Shown: positions 36,154 through 49,125, numbered from the whole stretch's first letter. The stretch: 63,789 nucleotides of DNA, filler included, from Trichosphaerium sp. ATCC 40318 (GCA_038496445.1; 3 parts of 3 records of this genome joined end to end with filler, not necessarily neighbours in it), one strand, 5' to 3'. The notes: generated from the letters alone by a model not told the origin. A program made the numbers and translations.

Positions 36154-36719
36154 GTTGAGAATTTGTATAAGTAGGCCAATGTAGGCAAAAGGAGGATTTA
36201 TTGGAGAATGTGGATTTATATAACGATACGGTTTTCTTGCGACCGGTCGATTGTTTATTTTGTGTGTACATGTAGTATTGGTAATGGGCAGTTTGAGGAT
36301 GCCAGCCGTAGATCTGTACTGGTAGTGTTTTCTAGTTTTAATATTGGTATTGTGCACTTTAAGGGTGCAAGCCTTGTGGTTAGCTAAGTATGGAGGTGTG
36401 TTTTCGTGATTTAGAGGTTTTGGTGTGTGAGCGGCCGTAGGCTGCTTATTTTGCTTTGTTTGCGTGTTTGTGGCGTGTGGTGTATGGTTAGTGTGGTATT
36501 GGAGGGCGTGGTGGTGACTTACGAAATCCTGTTTGTTGTTAATCCCTGCGGCTTCTACCGCCAGTGGAACAGTTTGCCTTGTATTTACTAAGATCTGAGC
36601 TGTGACGCGATTCCTTGCGGATGGCGCCCTTACGTCATGTTGTATATCAACCGCAGTAATGGGAATAAGATTTGTGTCCCGAGACGTGGCCCTCCTTGTA
36701 AAAAAAGAGGTTTTTTCCA

Positions 36720-37388
36720 CAAGTCACAGATGAAGGGATTAAGTCATTAAAAAAAGTTCATACATTCAGTTGTTTCCAGAATAAAAATATAACAAACAAA
36801 GGACTTGAGATACTATCAGGTAGTGCTTATAAAGTAAGTATAAGTAGATGTAATTTATTCTCAGATGAAGGTGTAAAACATCTTGCTGGTGTACATACAG
36901 TTATTCTTTATGGAGCTAATATAACAGATGATGGTGTTAAGTACCTATCTGGTTCATATAAGGTTATGTTGGATGGTTGTTATCATATCACTGATATTGG
37001 CGTTGAAGCTCTTTCTGGTGTTCATACTATAAGTATAAACTGGTGTTTTAATGTTACTGATAAAGGTGTAAAGTATCTTGCTGGAGCACATTATATTGGT
37101 ATTGCTGAGTGCAGTCTTGTTACTGATGTTGGTGTTAAATATTTGGCTGGTGTACATACTATTGATTTGAGCGGTTGTAAGAATGTTACAGATGAAGGTA
37201 TTATGGCTTTAAAAGGTGTTCATCGTATCTCACTTACACATTGTAATCTTGTTACTGATAGAGGTATAAGTTCACTTGTTGGTGTTCATACTATAAAGTT
37301 ATATGGTACATCTGTTACTGATGAAGGTATAAAACAGCTAAAAGGTGTACATAAAGTGATAAGGAAAAAACCAAAGCATATTCAGTAA
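36720..37388 (+). pseudogene. 3' part of a GVHTI-type LRR gene interrupted by the retrotransposon
   Basis: The frame is open back to the element junction: QVTDEGIKSLKKVHTF..SDEGVKHLAGVHTVIL..MLDGCYHITD. No start codon or F-box on this side of the insertion. Confidence 0.8.
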
Positions 37389-38181
37389 AGAACATTTTTG
37401 TCTTTAGTAGGCTTGTTGTAGTTATGATTTGTCTTGTCACGTGCTTCCAAGTAAAAAGTACTACTCATTGATTGTACTGATGGTCACATTATGACAGTTC
37501 TGAAAAACTTATTTAACGCCAACGCAATGACCAGAAGTAGCCACAGGTGATGTCTCATCAAACGAAATACTTCAGCTATTTTGATATGAGCGTTTTGTCA
37601 AAATGGGTGTGTTCAACTCACATTTCTTGAATTAGCTTGTTCAAGGAAAATAAACACTGTTAAAACTTGTCGTTACTACTAATGGCTGGTCTGTTTCTAT
37701 CAAAACAAATCACGTGGTGTTTTACAAGTTTGTTGTTAGGTGCATAAATAACGCCCAAGGCGAAAGAGCGACATCAAAACATCCAACATATCTTGAGCCT
37801 TGTCTAGTTACTCAAGTCTATTGTATAGCTCTAAACGATTGGCTGAATTGTTTTGTGAGTTAATTATCACAGTGAGTGGAAGTATGTTGCTTTTCGGTAT
37901 TAACAAATATGCCAAATTGTAATTGGAAGACACTATTCTTAAAGGCTCTTATGATTGTATCTTACATAGCCTATTTTGCTACTAGACAATAAATCACTTG
38001 TGAATAGCTTAGGTAAAACAAAGCCTTGTTCTCCCTATGTAATTTGTTTCTAAATAGTTGGATGTGACACAATTGTGAGTCTTTGTTTCCTTGCCATTGG
38101 CGTGATACGTGACTTGAATGTCACATGTGTAATTTTTTATTTAAGAAAATTAGATTGATGATTCTTAGAGTTGTTGTTAGT

Positions 38182-39445
38182 CTAGAACTCAAACTCCATC
38201 CATGTCTCATTTTCAAATTGCCAAGTCTTGGGTGCTTTTATGTAGTGTACATCCACTTTGGCATCTCTTAACACATTAACAGCTTCTTCTGTAACATTGA
38301 CGCAATTCTCAACGTAAATTGAATGTACACCTTTTAAGTCTTTTATGCCCTCGTCTGTTATTTGTTCACAACCTTTAAGAGTAATACTATGACAACCTCC
38401 CAGCGCTTTGATTCCTTCATCATTTACTGGTGTACAAGATAGATCGATGGTATGAACGCCTTCAAGTGCTTTTAATCCTTCACTTGTTATGCTTTTACAT
38501 CCGCGAATATTAATGCTGTGAACACCTTCTAGAGCTTTGATGCCTTCACTTACTGAAGTATTACATAAAGTAATGGTGTGTACTCCTCCTAGCGCCTTGA
38601 TGCCTTCATCGCTTACTGGTGTACAAGATAGATCAATGGTATGTACACCAGCAATCTGTTGTAGCGCTTCAACTGTCACTTGACAATTGCAAAGGCTAAT
38701 TGAATGAACGCCTTTTAGCGCCTTGATGCCTTCTCCTGTTACTGGAGTATTTGATAGATCTATAGTATGAACGCCAGCAAGTTTGCTTATGCTTTCGTCT
38801 GTTATTTGCTTACATCCTCCAAGTTTAATAGTATGAACACCACCAAGTTTGCTTATGCTTTCATCTGTTATTTGCCTACATCCTCCAAGTTTAATAGTAT
38901 GAACACCAGTCAGTGCTTCGACGCCTTCATCTGATATCAAGGGGGAACCAGTAAGGTCAATAATATGAACGCCAGCAAGTGCTTTTAAGCTTTCATCAGT
39001 TGCCCACGTTGCACGAAGGTCAATTGTATGAACACCAGATAGCAACTTGATTCCGTCATCTGAAAGATTTGTACAACCATTGAGATAAATAGAATGAATA
39101 CCAGGAGTAATTGATTCTAGATCATAGTCGGTACATTTATTTGTCATTCTAAAGTTTTTACATCCTGCCAATAACGAGTAAATACTGAAGCGCTTAATTT
39201 TACATAGTGAAATCTGACTATTGTTCATCACGCCCTTATACTCTCTTATCTTTAGAATATCTTGTATATTCGAAGGGAACACGTGTTTGTACCCAATAAT
39301 ATCATGAATAATATCAGCAAAAACGGTACAAGATTGAGCAGCAGAATATCTTGAACGTGACTCTGTGTAGTCTATAATATTTGAAAGAACCTCATTTGGA
39401 AGATCTAGAATACTCTTTTCTTTTTCAGGGACCTCCGTAGGACCA
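38182..39445 (-). CDS. F-box + LRR (GVHTIDL-type) protein; 5' exon uncertain, possibly extending to 39963
   Basis: Upstream in-frame ILDLPNEVLSNII..SRYSAAQSCTVFADIIHDIIGY, then about 13 repeats of 21-22 aa (TDEGIKALxGVHTIDL). Confidence 0.85.
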
Positions 39446-40385
39446 CTACTTCATGTTTGAAGTTAGAAGCAATAGATATGATTGACAAAATCAAAAACTT
39501 CCAGGAAAAAACAGCATATACTTTTAGGTCATTTTGAAGTTTATAAAAGTCAAGTACTACCTTTGAGAATAAGCCTTATACATGAAGTTGTACTTGCCCG
39601 TCATACAAACCTCAAACATAAACTCATGCAAAAGGGTAATTGTGATTTTCTTTACGAAAGGCCAACAGGTTGGGACTTTAAAAAGCAAATCTCTTACCGT
39701 TTTGTTTGTTTGATTCTTGGAAGCTCAAGGTCATCAATCCTGTCTGAAGATACAGTCTCGCGATTATTGGTACCAGTGTTGTGTTTGTAGAGAACGCTAT
39801 CAAGTTGTTTTACTAACTTGGCGTTTACAGCGTTCAAAATACTCTCAACTTGTTTTACTAGCGATTGGTGTTGTAATGGGGCTGTTCTTTTATTGTATTC
39901 TTCCGCGTGGTTCTCGCTATAGTATTTTAATGCCTGTTGTGCTGAAACACCCAAACAACTCATGCTTCACGTAGATGTGAGGATTATGATTAAATAACTG
40001 ATTTTAAGCCACGTGTAAAAAACGTGTTTCTTCAAAATTGTTGTGTAGCACAAATGTTACCAGTTGTACACGCAATACACGCATAATCCAGTATTAAACC
40101 TTCCGCTCAAGATAACAATTGATACTGTTGATTTAAATCCTTGAGTATACTTAAAATAGCCATTGATCGCCCAAACAAGCTGCGACAGTGACGAGATTTG
40201 AACCTATTTCGAAGGTCATTATGGAACACAGATGTCATGCCTGTATCAACAAACTATCATTTCTATCACCAGTGAGTGTTAATGTGTGATTCAATTGGTA
40301 TATCCGATCATTTAACTTTCATTTTCGGAAGAGCGAAGGGTGCATTGTGAAGATGTTTAATAAAAACTACAACAAGTTTTTTACT

Positions 40386-41959
40386 TTACAGGATTGCGAT
40401 CTCACCAGCAGGTTTAATCCAGCGAATTTGATTGGTCCTAGTACCACCCAAAAAGTTATGTGGGAAAGGTGGCTTGTAGTCTACAATCGTATCCAAACGA
40501 TCCATGTGATCTAGGGAAAAGAGAAGAATTAAGAGTGGTTTAAATCAAAACCAAAAAAAAAGAAAAAAAGCAAGAACAAGAGCTACCTTGAGTGAGTCTG
40601 AATTTACTCTCTAAAGCACCGATATTATCTTCTAAATGCCGAACTTTCGATACACCAACAATAGCAGAAGTGGTACCACGTTGCTGGAGTATCCAGTTCA
40701 AAGACACTTGAGATGGGGTACATCCAAGTTCTTTTGAAATTTTGACGAGTTCATCAGCAATATCATAGTCTTTTTCAGTCATCTCAACTATTCTCTGACC
40801 TTCACCTGCCTGTTGCAATACTGTTAATATACAAAACACAAGCAATAATACTCGTACTTCTTGCCCACGTAAAAATCTTCCGGTATACTTTCCAGCACCT
40901 AAAACACTCCATGGTACGCTACCTAGGCCCATTTGATTGGCCATTGGCAGAATATCTGACTGTAAATCTCTGTCGCCTACATTATGGCGTCCTTGGTAGG
41001 CTACAAACTTACTAATTGAAGTCAAAATCGTAGCTTAAAAGGTCAAAGATTCATCCAGCGTGAACAACTTAAAACAGCTATACTTACGTCCATCCTCTTA
41101 CTTGAGCAATAGATTGAGCAGAAGAAACTACCCATGCTGGTGTATCTGATATACCAATGTATCGAACTTTACCTGAACGAACCTAAAACATGTTAAAAAA
41201 CACAACATCAACACGTGTTTTTCGTTCAATAATGAACTACTGCATACCAAGTCGTCCAATCTGCGCATTACTTCTTCAATTGGTGTATTATAGTCCCACA
41301 TATGTAGATATAAAAGATCCTAATGTCATAAGTATCACGTGCTATCTAAAAACACTACTAAAAAACATACAATGTACGTTGTTCTTAGTCTCTTCAATGA
41401 CAAGTCTATGGAGTACATCGTATTCGCTCTTGAATTTCCGCCATGATTTATATTCATCGGTTCACCAATCTTGGGGCCTGAAAACTTAGTGGCAATTACG
41501 AGCTAGCAAACAAAAAAGTGAGTTTTTCTATCAAGAGCCAAAAAACAGAGTCCGTATTTTTACCTCATCGCGGTTACCAGCTTCTTCCATAAACTCGCCC
41601 AGCCACTCCTCAGACTGTCCGTTTTGGTAGTTGACTGCAGTATCAAAGAAGTTGCCCCCCTTGGAAATAAAGTGGTTGAAAACCTTATGTGCTTCTTCCT
41701 TATCCATGTGGATTCCTATAAAAAACGACATTATTTTCAAGGGTATTGAGGCATTTCGTCTCTATCTGAGAGTTGATATTTCACGTACCCAACGGCTTCC
41801 AAGTTTGTCCCCATGTCATGGTACCCAAGCACAGAGGTGATACACGAAGGCCTGCCAGTAAGTCAGTATTGTAAGACTTTTTTTAACCGCACCTGAATTG
41901 CCTAGTAGTCGGTACTCACTGAGTCCGCTTTTACGTTCTGGAGACTTGAGGTACGCCAT
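40386..41959 (-). CDS. Aldo/keto reductase (aryl-alcohol dehydrogenase-like), multi-exon
   Basis: YRLLGNSG-LRVSPLCLGTM, GGNFFDTAVNYQNGQSEEWLG, LVIATKF, GKVRYIGISDTPAW, PWSVLGAG, TPSQVSLNW. Confidence 0.92.
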
Positions 41960-42688
41960 ATTTTTCTGATGTGGTGTTACGTGTTTTAGGTTTGTAAACA
42001 ATAGCAGGCGTAGGTAAGGAGCAGTTAAGCTTGACTTCAGTGAATGATTGTTTCCACCAAAAAAAAACTGGGTTCCCTAAGAAAACAAACTACTAGAACC
42101 ACTAACAATAAAGTGTTACCTTTTATAGATTTTTAGGTTTAGTTACGAATTCATCTCTTGTCACGAATTCGCTCCGAGGAAATGTGAACCAGCAGCTGAC
42201 AAGTGGGTTTTAGCTCAGAGAAGTAAGATAAAGTGAAAATGGTGACAAGTGATGTTTGTAAGTGCATTTAGCGTAACTGGAAAGCATCAGTCTAAATAAA
42301 CATAGCTGTCACGTGTACGAATTTGTTGAGACAAGATTAAAACTATGTTAATTCATAGGAGAGCGTAGTAAAGATGTACGCTATACTGCCAATCTTGATA
42401 AAGTATCAAAGTGAATCAAGACAACATTTGCTCCAAATAGATTGTTCAAGCATTCAATTTCATAGCTAAATGAGCGGCGCTCTTAAAGCCCTATCAACCT
42501 ATCAAGCCTGTTTAACCGAGAGACCGTCGCCTCTAACATACATATATTGGGTACTGATCACTGTACCGAACACTGTAGTTGAAAAAGCTTAAAACTTCCA
42601 ATGCTTCAAAAGAGTTGACTTTTGTTGATTTTCCAAAGAAACACGTGCTACACATACGACCGCCTCAAGGCACTGTAAAAAAGACAAC

Positions 42689-43282
42689 ATGAATTTATTG
42701 CAGCTCCCTACAGAGATATTAGCACACATCTTGCGTCAAACAACCAAATCTCGGTTTAAAGCTTGTCAAACTTGTCGTTTCCTTGCTTCGATTGTTCATG
42801 ATGTTATTGGATACCACACCATCATACTTATAGAGTTAACTGAAGCAAAATCGGCTTTAAAACATTCGGGGATTCTTAAGTACACAAATATCACTCTTGA
42901 CAGACTTGTTTTTACTGACAATATTATCAAACAATTTGCTGGCGTCCATACTATTGACCTCACTTGCACTTCTGTAACTGATGAAGGCATTAAAGCACTT
43001 GCTGGAGTTCATACTATTAACCTTAGTAACACTTTAGTAACTGATGAAGGCGCTAAAGCACTTGCTGGAGTCCATACTATTGATCTTAGTTACACTTTAG
43101 TAACTGATGAAGGCATTAAATCACTTGCTGGCGTGCATACTATTGACCTTACTGACACTGAAGTAACTGATGAAGGCATTAAAGCACTTGCTGGCGTGCA
43201 CACTATTTACCTTAGTTATGACAGTCTAGTAACCAATGAAGGTGTCAAAGCACTTGTTGGGGCAAAAATATTCGGTAGATAG
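42689..43282 (+). CDS. F-box + LRR (GVHTIDL-type) protein, intronless
   Basis: MNLLQLPTEILAHIL F-box; five near-identical 63-bp repeats VTDEGIKALAGVHTIDL. Confidence 0.9.
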   Translation: MNLLQLPTEILAHILRQTTKSRFKACQTCRFLASIVHDVIGYHTIILIELTEAKSALKHSGILKYTNITLDRLVFTDNIIKQFAGVHTIDLTCTSVTDEGIKALAGVHTINLSNTLVTDEGAKALAGVHTIDLSYTLVTDEGIKSLAGVHTIDLTDTEVTDEGIKALAGVHTIYLSYDSLVTNEGVKALVGAKIFGR

Positions 43283-43720
43283 GATGGAACTATAATGTGT
43301 TCAATTTCATGTATTCAATAAGGATATCCTGTAACAATACAAACACTTGTAGTAAACGAGTTGCATATTTCATGAATTAATCTGTTTCATTCGCTGTGAA
43401 TTCTGCAAGCGAACTTGTTTCTAATTTTGCTTAAAGTTGCACTCATATATGAAGTATATTATTCGGCTTGGCTGTTTCGAGGTGTAATTAGATTATTGTG
43501 GGCCGTGTAACCTACCACTAGAACACGTGAAATTGGGGTTTTTTTTTTGTAGTATTTGCCTAAATGGCAATCAGATTTTAATCTAAAGCTGCCAGTTATG
43601 TGCCGGTGAGAGCTACTTCAAGAGTTATTCTTCATTTTTCTGTTTGGTCTTGAGTAGTCTTACAACAGTCTTTGGCTTTCTTATTCTTATCGAAAATCGA
43701 GCTGTAACACCCATAACAAC

Positions 43721-45404
43721 ATGTCAAAAGCTGTGGTTTGCTTTATCTGTGGTAAAACGGTTCGTAAATTGTGTAGTAGACCATCGATAAAGCAGGTGTT
43801 GTGATTATCACGTGATTTATTTTGTTTTTTTTAGGCCTACCCATTAGAACAGTTTAAAACTGATGGCCACATATTCCACAAGTGGTGTTTCAAGTGTTGT
43901 CAATGCGGTATGCGATTGTCGATTAATAACTATGCTGGGTTAAAGGTGAGTTTTTTTCCCTTCTCCTTTTTTGTTTCCGAGCTAGTGTCGCTTGTGCGAT
44001 ACATCTACGCCATGAAATTTATCTCCGTGGCCCATCTACTCCTTAAAGTCTTGCAATTCGCAAGATTTGCGGTGCGTGGAGGGTCTGATAGTCAACACGA
44101 ACGCTGAAAAGGGTTGTTTCTTAACATTTTTTTTAATGTTTTTTCCTCAACGGTTTTTTTTTTTCTAATTAGGCGTGATTCGCTTTCTTCTGTATTAATA
44201 TTATGCGTAGGATAAGTACTACTGTAAACCTCATTTTAAAGTGCGTATTTTTTTAATACAGGGCAAGTAATATTTATAGAACAAATCGGTATCCAGCAAA
44301 TGTTTAAAACAAAAGGAAACTATGATGAGAGCTTTGGTGAAGAAAAACTTACCAAGAAATGGAGCGCTTCAGCTGTACGTTTTGATGGATTTCAAGGTGT
44401 ACATAAAGTAGGTAAGTATTTATAAATAACATAGTATCACGTGATTTCAAAAAGGTTTTTATGAAGCGAGTTTATGGCCTTTATTTCATCGCCCTTTTTT
44501 TTTAATTGATTTTTTGAAGAAAGTCCAAAGAAGACAGCACCTGTAAAGAAAGTACCTGCTTCCAAGAAGCCAGCGAGTTGGTTGAGTGCGTTCACTGGCT
44601 TTGTTTAAACAAAATCAACTTACTAGCGCTACATAGAACCTGACGCGCAAAAAGATGCTGCTGAGAAGAAAAAACAAGCTGCACGTGATAAAAAACGTGC
44701 TGAAGAGGAGTAAGTCGAAAAAACGCAGCAATTTGACCTAATTTTTTGTTTTTTAGACGCCTTGAGAAGGAGAAGCGGTACTTTGTCTAATATCCATTTG
44801 ATGTAATTAATGATGTATCTGTAGTATCGCTGAAGAGCGGAAGGCTGCTACAGCAAGAAGGAACGCAGCTAAACAGCGCGGAACATCAAACTTGACAACT
44901 TCTTCGAGCAACAATCAAAAAGAAGTAGCAGCTGCAAGAGACGCTGAAAGAAAGGCTAAAGAAGAAACTGCGAAAGCTAAAGAGGAATTGAAGAAGGCTA
45001 AACAAGAGATAGCGAATGCAAAAGCTGAAACTAAAAAGGCTAATGAAGAGAAAGCGAAAGCCATCGAAGAAAAGAAAAAAGCAGAAAAAGAAAAAGAAGA
45101 AGCAATTGCTGAGCTTAAAGAAGCCAAAGAATCCGCAAAGAAACAACAAGAAGAGGCTAAAAAACCAGAGAAAGTAGAAGAAACTAAGAAGACTGAAAGT
45201 CCACAAGGTGGAAAGAAGAGAACACCAGAAGAAGAAGCTGCATACAGAAAAGCTTATGAAGATGCTAAAAAGCGTGCTCTCGCGTACTCTGCAAAGATGG
45301 AGGAGAAGCTTCAAGCTCAGAGGAGAGCAGAGATTGATGCTCTTAAGAGATCATCTTTACAGTTCAAGTTGGCTACTATTGAATCAGGTGAAAGCGACCT
45401 TTAA
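43721..45404 (+). CDS. LIM-domain protein with Lys/Glu/Ala-rich coiled coil
   Basis: [45 protein letters not shown] (LIMD2/EPLIN-type LIM); last exon includes 44892..45404. Confidence 0.88.
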
Positions 45405-45810
45405 GTAGAAAAAGGGAAGGGTAACTTCTTTTCTTTATTTATAGAACGAACTTGTCGTTGTAAAAGGCGAGGCCTAGTAAACTAGTTATAATATGATTTT
45501 GTTAAATGAAAAACTGTAGCTTGTACATCGGGTGTGATAGTATGGTTTCTCCAATCGTATTTGTAGTATCGAGCATTTTTCTTACTTCAAAAAATTTAAG
45601 AAAAGCATGACTTAAAGAAGTATGTTAAGTTCTTTGTGTATTACCCTCATGACCTCGTGCAAACAAACTAATGTAGCAAAAGTATTTAACAGTACTGGAA
45701 AGAAAGAAACAAGGACTTATGTGTTATACAAGGTTATTTTTATTTACAAACAGTTCGGAACTTTTTTTTCTTTTTCTTATGTACAATAGCTTTACTCAAA
45801 CTTTGCAAGT

Positions 45811-46329
45811 TTAAACACCCACTTTTGACATGAGGAAACTCTTTGCTTTTTTTTGTGTGGCAAGAGCGCCTCTTCTCATATTAGCGAAACTCTTTTTCTT
45901 GACGAGAGCTGCGCGAGGTTGAGCATTATTTGTGATTCTTTTTGATATTCTTAATAGTTGTGATGGTCTCATTCTTGTCAACCACTTTTTTCTATCGACT
46001 CTTCTTCCAGATGATGAACTCTTTGTGAGATGAAGTAAAGCGTTTGTGACCAATTCTTTGTTATATCCTCTAGGGAATACAATGACATAGCTGCAAAATT
46101 TAGGGAGATCGCTCGGGAGATCATTCTCGCGTAGATATCCGTTGCAGGTCACAACGACTCTGTTGCTTGGTTGAGGAAAGTGGAAACCAGGTGAAGTTGT
46201 CTTTGTAATAAGTTCGTCGAGAGCCTTTCCTATTGGGATGGTCGTTGTTCTTTTAATCTTGAAGGCTATGCTGTGGTATCCAGGTCCTTGGGTTGCTTTG
46301 TTTGCGAAGAAAACGTCAATGTAAGACAT
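45811..46329 (-). CDS. Hypothetical intronless protein with basic C-terminus
   Basis: 172-aa ATG ORF preceded by a TATAAAT and an A/C-rich leader. Confidence 0.6.
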   Translation of the reverse strand: MSYIDVFFANKATQGPGYHSIAFKIKRTTTIPIGKALDELITKTTSPGFHFPQPSNRVVVTCNGYLRENDLPSDLPKFCSYVIVFPRGYNKELVTNALLHLTKSSSSGRRVDRKKWLTRMRPSQLLRISKRITNNAQPRAALVKKKSFANMRRGALATQKKAKSFLMSKVGV

Positions 46330-46812
46330 GTTGTTGATGTGTTGGTGTCGTTATTTATATGATGAACTTCCCTAAACTCCACGGCGGAACCTAATAAAAC
46401 TACGCACACTATCAAATTATGACGTCAACAAGAACACCTGTACAAGTTTAATATCATGTATTTGTTGTTAAAGCTTATCTATTGTAGGACTTAAGAATAA
46501 ATAAATCTGCACAGTTTTTTCTTGTCCGGCTAAATATCAAACTATCTATTGTTAATGGTAGCACTCATATCCACCGTGATATCTTCTAGGGTTTATTTCG
46601 AAATAACTTCGGGATGCGTTCCCGCGACCGATTCCTATCCAGGAGCATTATAAACATCACTACAAAACAGTAGCGCTAGGCAAATATTTTTTATTTTAAA
46701 CTTGTGTGAGCCGGAATTACAATGTTACATTTATCACGTGATAAAAACGTTTTAATTAATTAACCCTTTAAAAAACTCTACTGCATCTCTTAATCAGCAC
46801 AGAATCATCCTT

Positions 46813-48703
46813 TCAAAGCTTGCTTTGAGGATAAATTCTCGTTCTTAGCCAAGACAAAATAACTTCATTTACTTCACTAGGTTTCTCCGCCAAAACCTAA
46901 AAACAGGTTGGCCGGAGAAACTGTTTAGCGGTTTTTGTTCACAACACGCACCCAATGTCCCGCATCCTCAACATGTCCACGTGTTAAATTCTTTACATTC
47001 TTTTCCATACCGAAACTCATCTCACGTGTGAGAACAGGGTCATTACCTACAAAGAAAAAAAGGAAAGTTACAAACACGTGCACAAATGAAAAAACTTTCT
47101 GATTCCACATGTGAAAGTGTCACTTGCGAACACTTTCTCCGGGTTATTTTTATCATAACTAATTTGTTGGGACGTACCACATGTTATCATCAATGCTTGT
47201 GTAGTAATTTCTCTAGGATATCCTTCTTCCGCAAGCCAGTTCAGTTTAGTTGTTCGATACCTTTAAAGAAAAGAAAAAAAAATTATTCCAAAGTATGTAA
47301 AGCATAAAAGTTTCTTGTTTGCCTACCAATTTAGTCCGCCTCTAACGCCGCTTCTACGAACGTGTTATTATAATGACATAGACTCACAAATTTTGCCTCC
47401 TGTCGTACGTGCCTTTTGAATTGGGATACATAGTAGTCACCCTCTCGTTCTGTAAGCAAGTCTGTCCTTTTAACATTTTTAACTGCACGCATTAATCCGT
47501 CCTTCATCCATACCCTACATAGTTTTTATTATAATTATTTGCTAAAAAAGATCGTTATGTTAATTTTACCCCTTGTTAATAGAGTTATCCTTCCATCGTC
47601 GATGAATGAGGAAGATGAGCTTTTCAACGTCTTGACTCAATTCCTCAACGGCTTCTTGTGTATTGAAATACACTTGGTATTTAAACGCAGGAAGATGCTT
47701 TGCAATAGTCTGTATGTCCATACAAACCTTTGTTCTAGGTGTGTACGGTGTACATATACCGCCAACTCCCAATAAGCGTTCCGGATGGAATATTGCAAAG
47801 CGCCATGATAACGCGCCTTTAAAACAAATTAAAAACAATTAAAAAAAAATTAGTTAAAGTGTTTGTTCGTTCTTCGTTTCTGCCCACGTACCACCCCAAT
47901 CGTGTCCAATTACAGTAAATTTATCAACACCTACAATTAGAAGTTAATTAGGTGAATCATCAAATTGTATTCTTAAAGGCAAGGCTATTCTGACTTTTAT
48001 TCTTGAACAAGTCGAAACCAAAACAAATCTATTCGTTTTAAAATCATTTTTTAAAGTCACGTTTTTAGCACGTGTCAAAAACCCATAGAAGAATTTTTTT
48101 TCTTTTGTTTTGTTTTGGTAAACAACCAGCTTTGAAGGAATTCTTCTTCGTGTTGCGTTGCTTTGTACGTACCAAGGGAATCCAATAACTCAACCATTGC
48201 GCTAGACACCGTTTTGAAAGTGAAGTTCTGTAGTTTTACGACATCCGCTTCAGATTGCCCAAACCCGGGTAAATCAGGCGCAATAACCCTGTACCCAGCG
48301 TTGGCGAGTGGTTTTATTTGCTAAACGGGAGTTTAGTGAACTTTGTACATGACACGCAATAAATCGTTTAAATGGCGCATAAATAACGTCTTGCGCGTGT
48401 AATAGCAATTAATAACGGTTTAAACGGCAATGAGCGGCGTTTCGTTAAAAACGGCTCTAAAAAGGTCATATAACGATACAAATGTCGTACCTTACGCCAT
48501 CCATACCTATTTTAAACAATTATTAGACATTTTGAATAGATATGAGTTCAAACGAACCATAAATCAGGCCATCCATGTAGCAATAGAATGACGCGATCAG
48601 TACCATGTCCTTCGTCTACATAATGGAATCTTATGTCAAACTTTCTACATTGATAGTATTTATGCTTGTAAGCCAAAGGATCCAAATCACCACTACTTGT
48701 CAT
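46813..48703 (-). CDS. Soluble epoxide hydrolase (alpha/beta hydrolase) with PTS1
   Basis: LLLHGWPDLW-YGWRK-QI, GYRVIAPDLPGFGQS, IGHDWGG, AGHWV; ends in -SKL*. Confidence 0.9.
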
Positions 48704-49025
48704 TGGTAAAACGAAGAATACCGCCCAAATAAGAAAAAACCGTTTAAGTATGGCCAAGAGAATAATCCTTCAGGAACAGGGACGTAAACGCAAAGGATAC
48801 CGATGATGAGAATAAGCTATATTACGCGTTACAAGGACTCTGTTCTTCGAGAAAACTGTCGCTTTCTTAGTCTTGCGTGACGTTTGTACAAGAGCGGTAT
48901 TGGTGTTTGTGTAGCTGTTAAGGCTGTGGGATGGTTCTTCATAGTAGGTGTATTGGATGCCGTATTTTGAAGCAATCTTTAGGAAGCAAGAATAGTTGTT
49001 TGTCACTTTCAGAGGTAGTCCACGC

Positions 49026-49125
49026 NNNNNNNNNNNNNNNNNNNNNNNNNNNNNNNNNNNNNNNNNNNNTTAATTAATTAANNNNNNNNNNNNNNNNNNN
49101 NNNNNNNNNNNNNNNNNNNNNNNNN
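49026..49125. other. Artificial contig linker (N44-TTAATTAATTAA-N44)
   Basis: Same linker as 30084-30183. Confidence 0.97.

Larger units (their letters stand above)
30184..36720 (-). mobile_element. Non-LTR retrotransposon (APE-RT type, L1/TRE-like), 3' end cut off by the contig gap
   Basis: ORF1 with RRMs plus ORF2 with endonuclease and RT; strong A/C skew on the sense strand. The 5' end abuts an interrupted LRR gene at ~36720. Confidence 0.93.

Noticed and set aside
34612-36720. 702-aa ORF1 taken at face value
   Set aside because: It begins at a GTG on the insertion junction. The first ATG is at 36153 and the C-terminus is probably altered by splicing.
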